DNA from: Mobula hypostoma
Taxonomy: Eukaryota
DNA length: 64,000 bases
Assembly (NCBI RefSeq): GCF_963921235.1
Contig: NC_086097.1
Span: 23,624,001-23,688,000, forward strand
Direction: 5' to 3'
The notes beneath the pieces were generated by a model. That model was given only the letters and a program-made list of their open reading frames with translations, ran no database searches and was not told the DNA's origin. A program made the position numbers and the translations under genes. Positions 63,018-64,000 of the stretch are shown piece after piece; position 1 is the first letter of the stretch; each line of letters begins with the position of its first letter.

Positions 63018-63770
63018 AGACCATAAGACATAGGAACAGATTTAGGCCATTCAGCCCATTAAGTCTGCTTCACCTTTCAATCATGATCGATATATTATCC
63101 CTCTCAACCCCATTCTCCCGTCTTCTCCTGTAACCTTTGATGCCCTTACTAATCAGCAAACTATCAACCTCCACTTTAAATAGACCTAATGACTTGCCCT
63201 CCACCGCCATTGTGTTACAGCGAATTCCACAGATACATCGCCCTTTGGCTGAAGAAACTCATCCTCATCTCTATTCTAAAGGGACATCATTCTATTCTGA
63301 GGTTGTGTACTCTGGTGTTGGAATTCCCCACGAAAGAAACATCCTCTCCACGTCCACTGTATCTATGTCTTTCAATATTCAATAAATTTCAATGAGATAC
63401 ACCTCATTCTTCTAAACTCCAGCGAGTACAGATCCAGACCCATCAAATGCTCCCCACATGTTAACCGCTTCATTCCCATGATCATCCTCATGAATCTCCT
63501 CTGGACACTCTTCAATTCCAGAACATCGTTTCTTAGATAAGGGGCCCAATCATCAGAATCAAATATCGCTGTGATGATTGTACGTTCTAGTATCAATTGT
63601 TTGGCGACAATAAAGTATAAAATATAAAACTTCTCATTATAATCAGAATACAGTCTTACCAATGCCTCATAAAGCCTTAGCATTACATGCTTTGCTTTTA
63701 TATTCCAGTCCTCTCGAATTGAATGCTAAGATTGCATTTGCCTTCCTCACCACCGACACAACCTGCAAAG
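63018..63770 (-). mobile_element. CR1 LINE 3' fragment
   Basis: MLRLYEALVRL, WAPYLRNDVLELKSVQRRFMRMI, LYSLEFRRMR plus tail; an unrelated ~85-bp insert at ~63550-63635. Confidence 0.85.
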
Positions 63771-64000
63771 AGGAGATAGTGTCTTTGTTTAACATTTCAC
63801 TCAAAAGAATACATTGAAGGTATTGTTCTGAAGCATCAGCTTAGATCCTATGTTCATTTAATGTAAACCCACAAATTCCTAACTTATTGGCAGATGTCCT
63901 AATCTCTGAAATACCAGTGGCATCTAAAGGATGAAGGCTTTAAGTAGAATTCTTTGATGCCACATCCCATCAGAAGATCTTGTGGTAGAAATCCACTCTT

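Overview
Repeat-dense eukaryotic DNA, most likely intronic or intergenic sequence from a cartilaginous fish. This is inferred from the repeat content: many CR1 LINE subfamilies, V-domain tRNA SINEs resembling elasmobranch HE1, Rex1/Babar and RTE LINE fragments, and Penelope-like elements. I recognise no host protein-coding gene, rRNA, tRNA gene or CRISPR array; most ORFs in the track are transposon fragments or chance frames. Main structures: (1) a decayed Gypsy-type LTR element (39684-46266) with a tRNA-Leu primer-binding site, interrupted just after the PBS by a young 5'-truncated CR1 with a stop-free 697-aa RT frame and a 4-bp AATA duplication; (2) a 2.7-kb hAT transposon (7693-10387) with TIRs and an 8-bp TSD, whose transposase is joined in frame to a Tigger/CENP-B-type helix-turn-helix and which contains a ~95-bp palindrome; (3) a Penelope-like element with an inverted terminal repeat, plus over a dozen Penelope termini carrying minimal hammerhead ribozyme motifs, several as short head-to-head fold-back units; (4) a solo LTR with a 4-bp TSD; (5) a 29-bp minisatellite derived from a Rex1 3' end. 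Family names come from motif recognition by eye, not database searches, and boundaries of old fragments are approximate.
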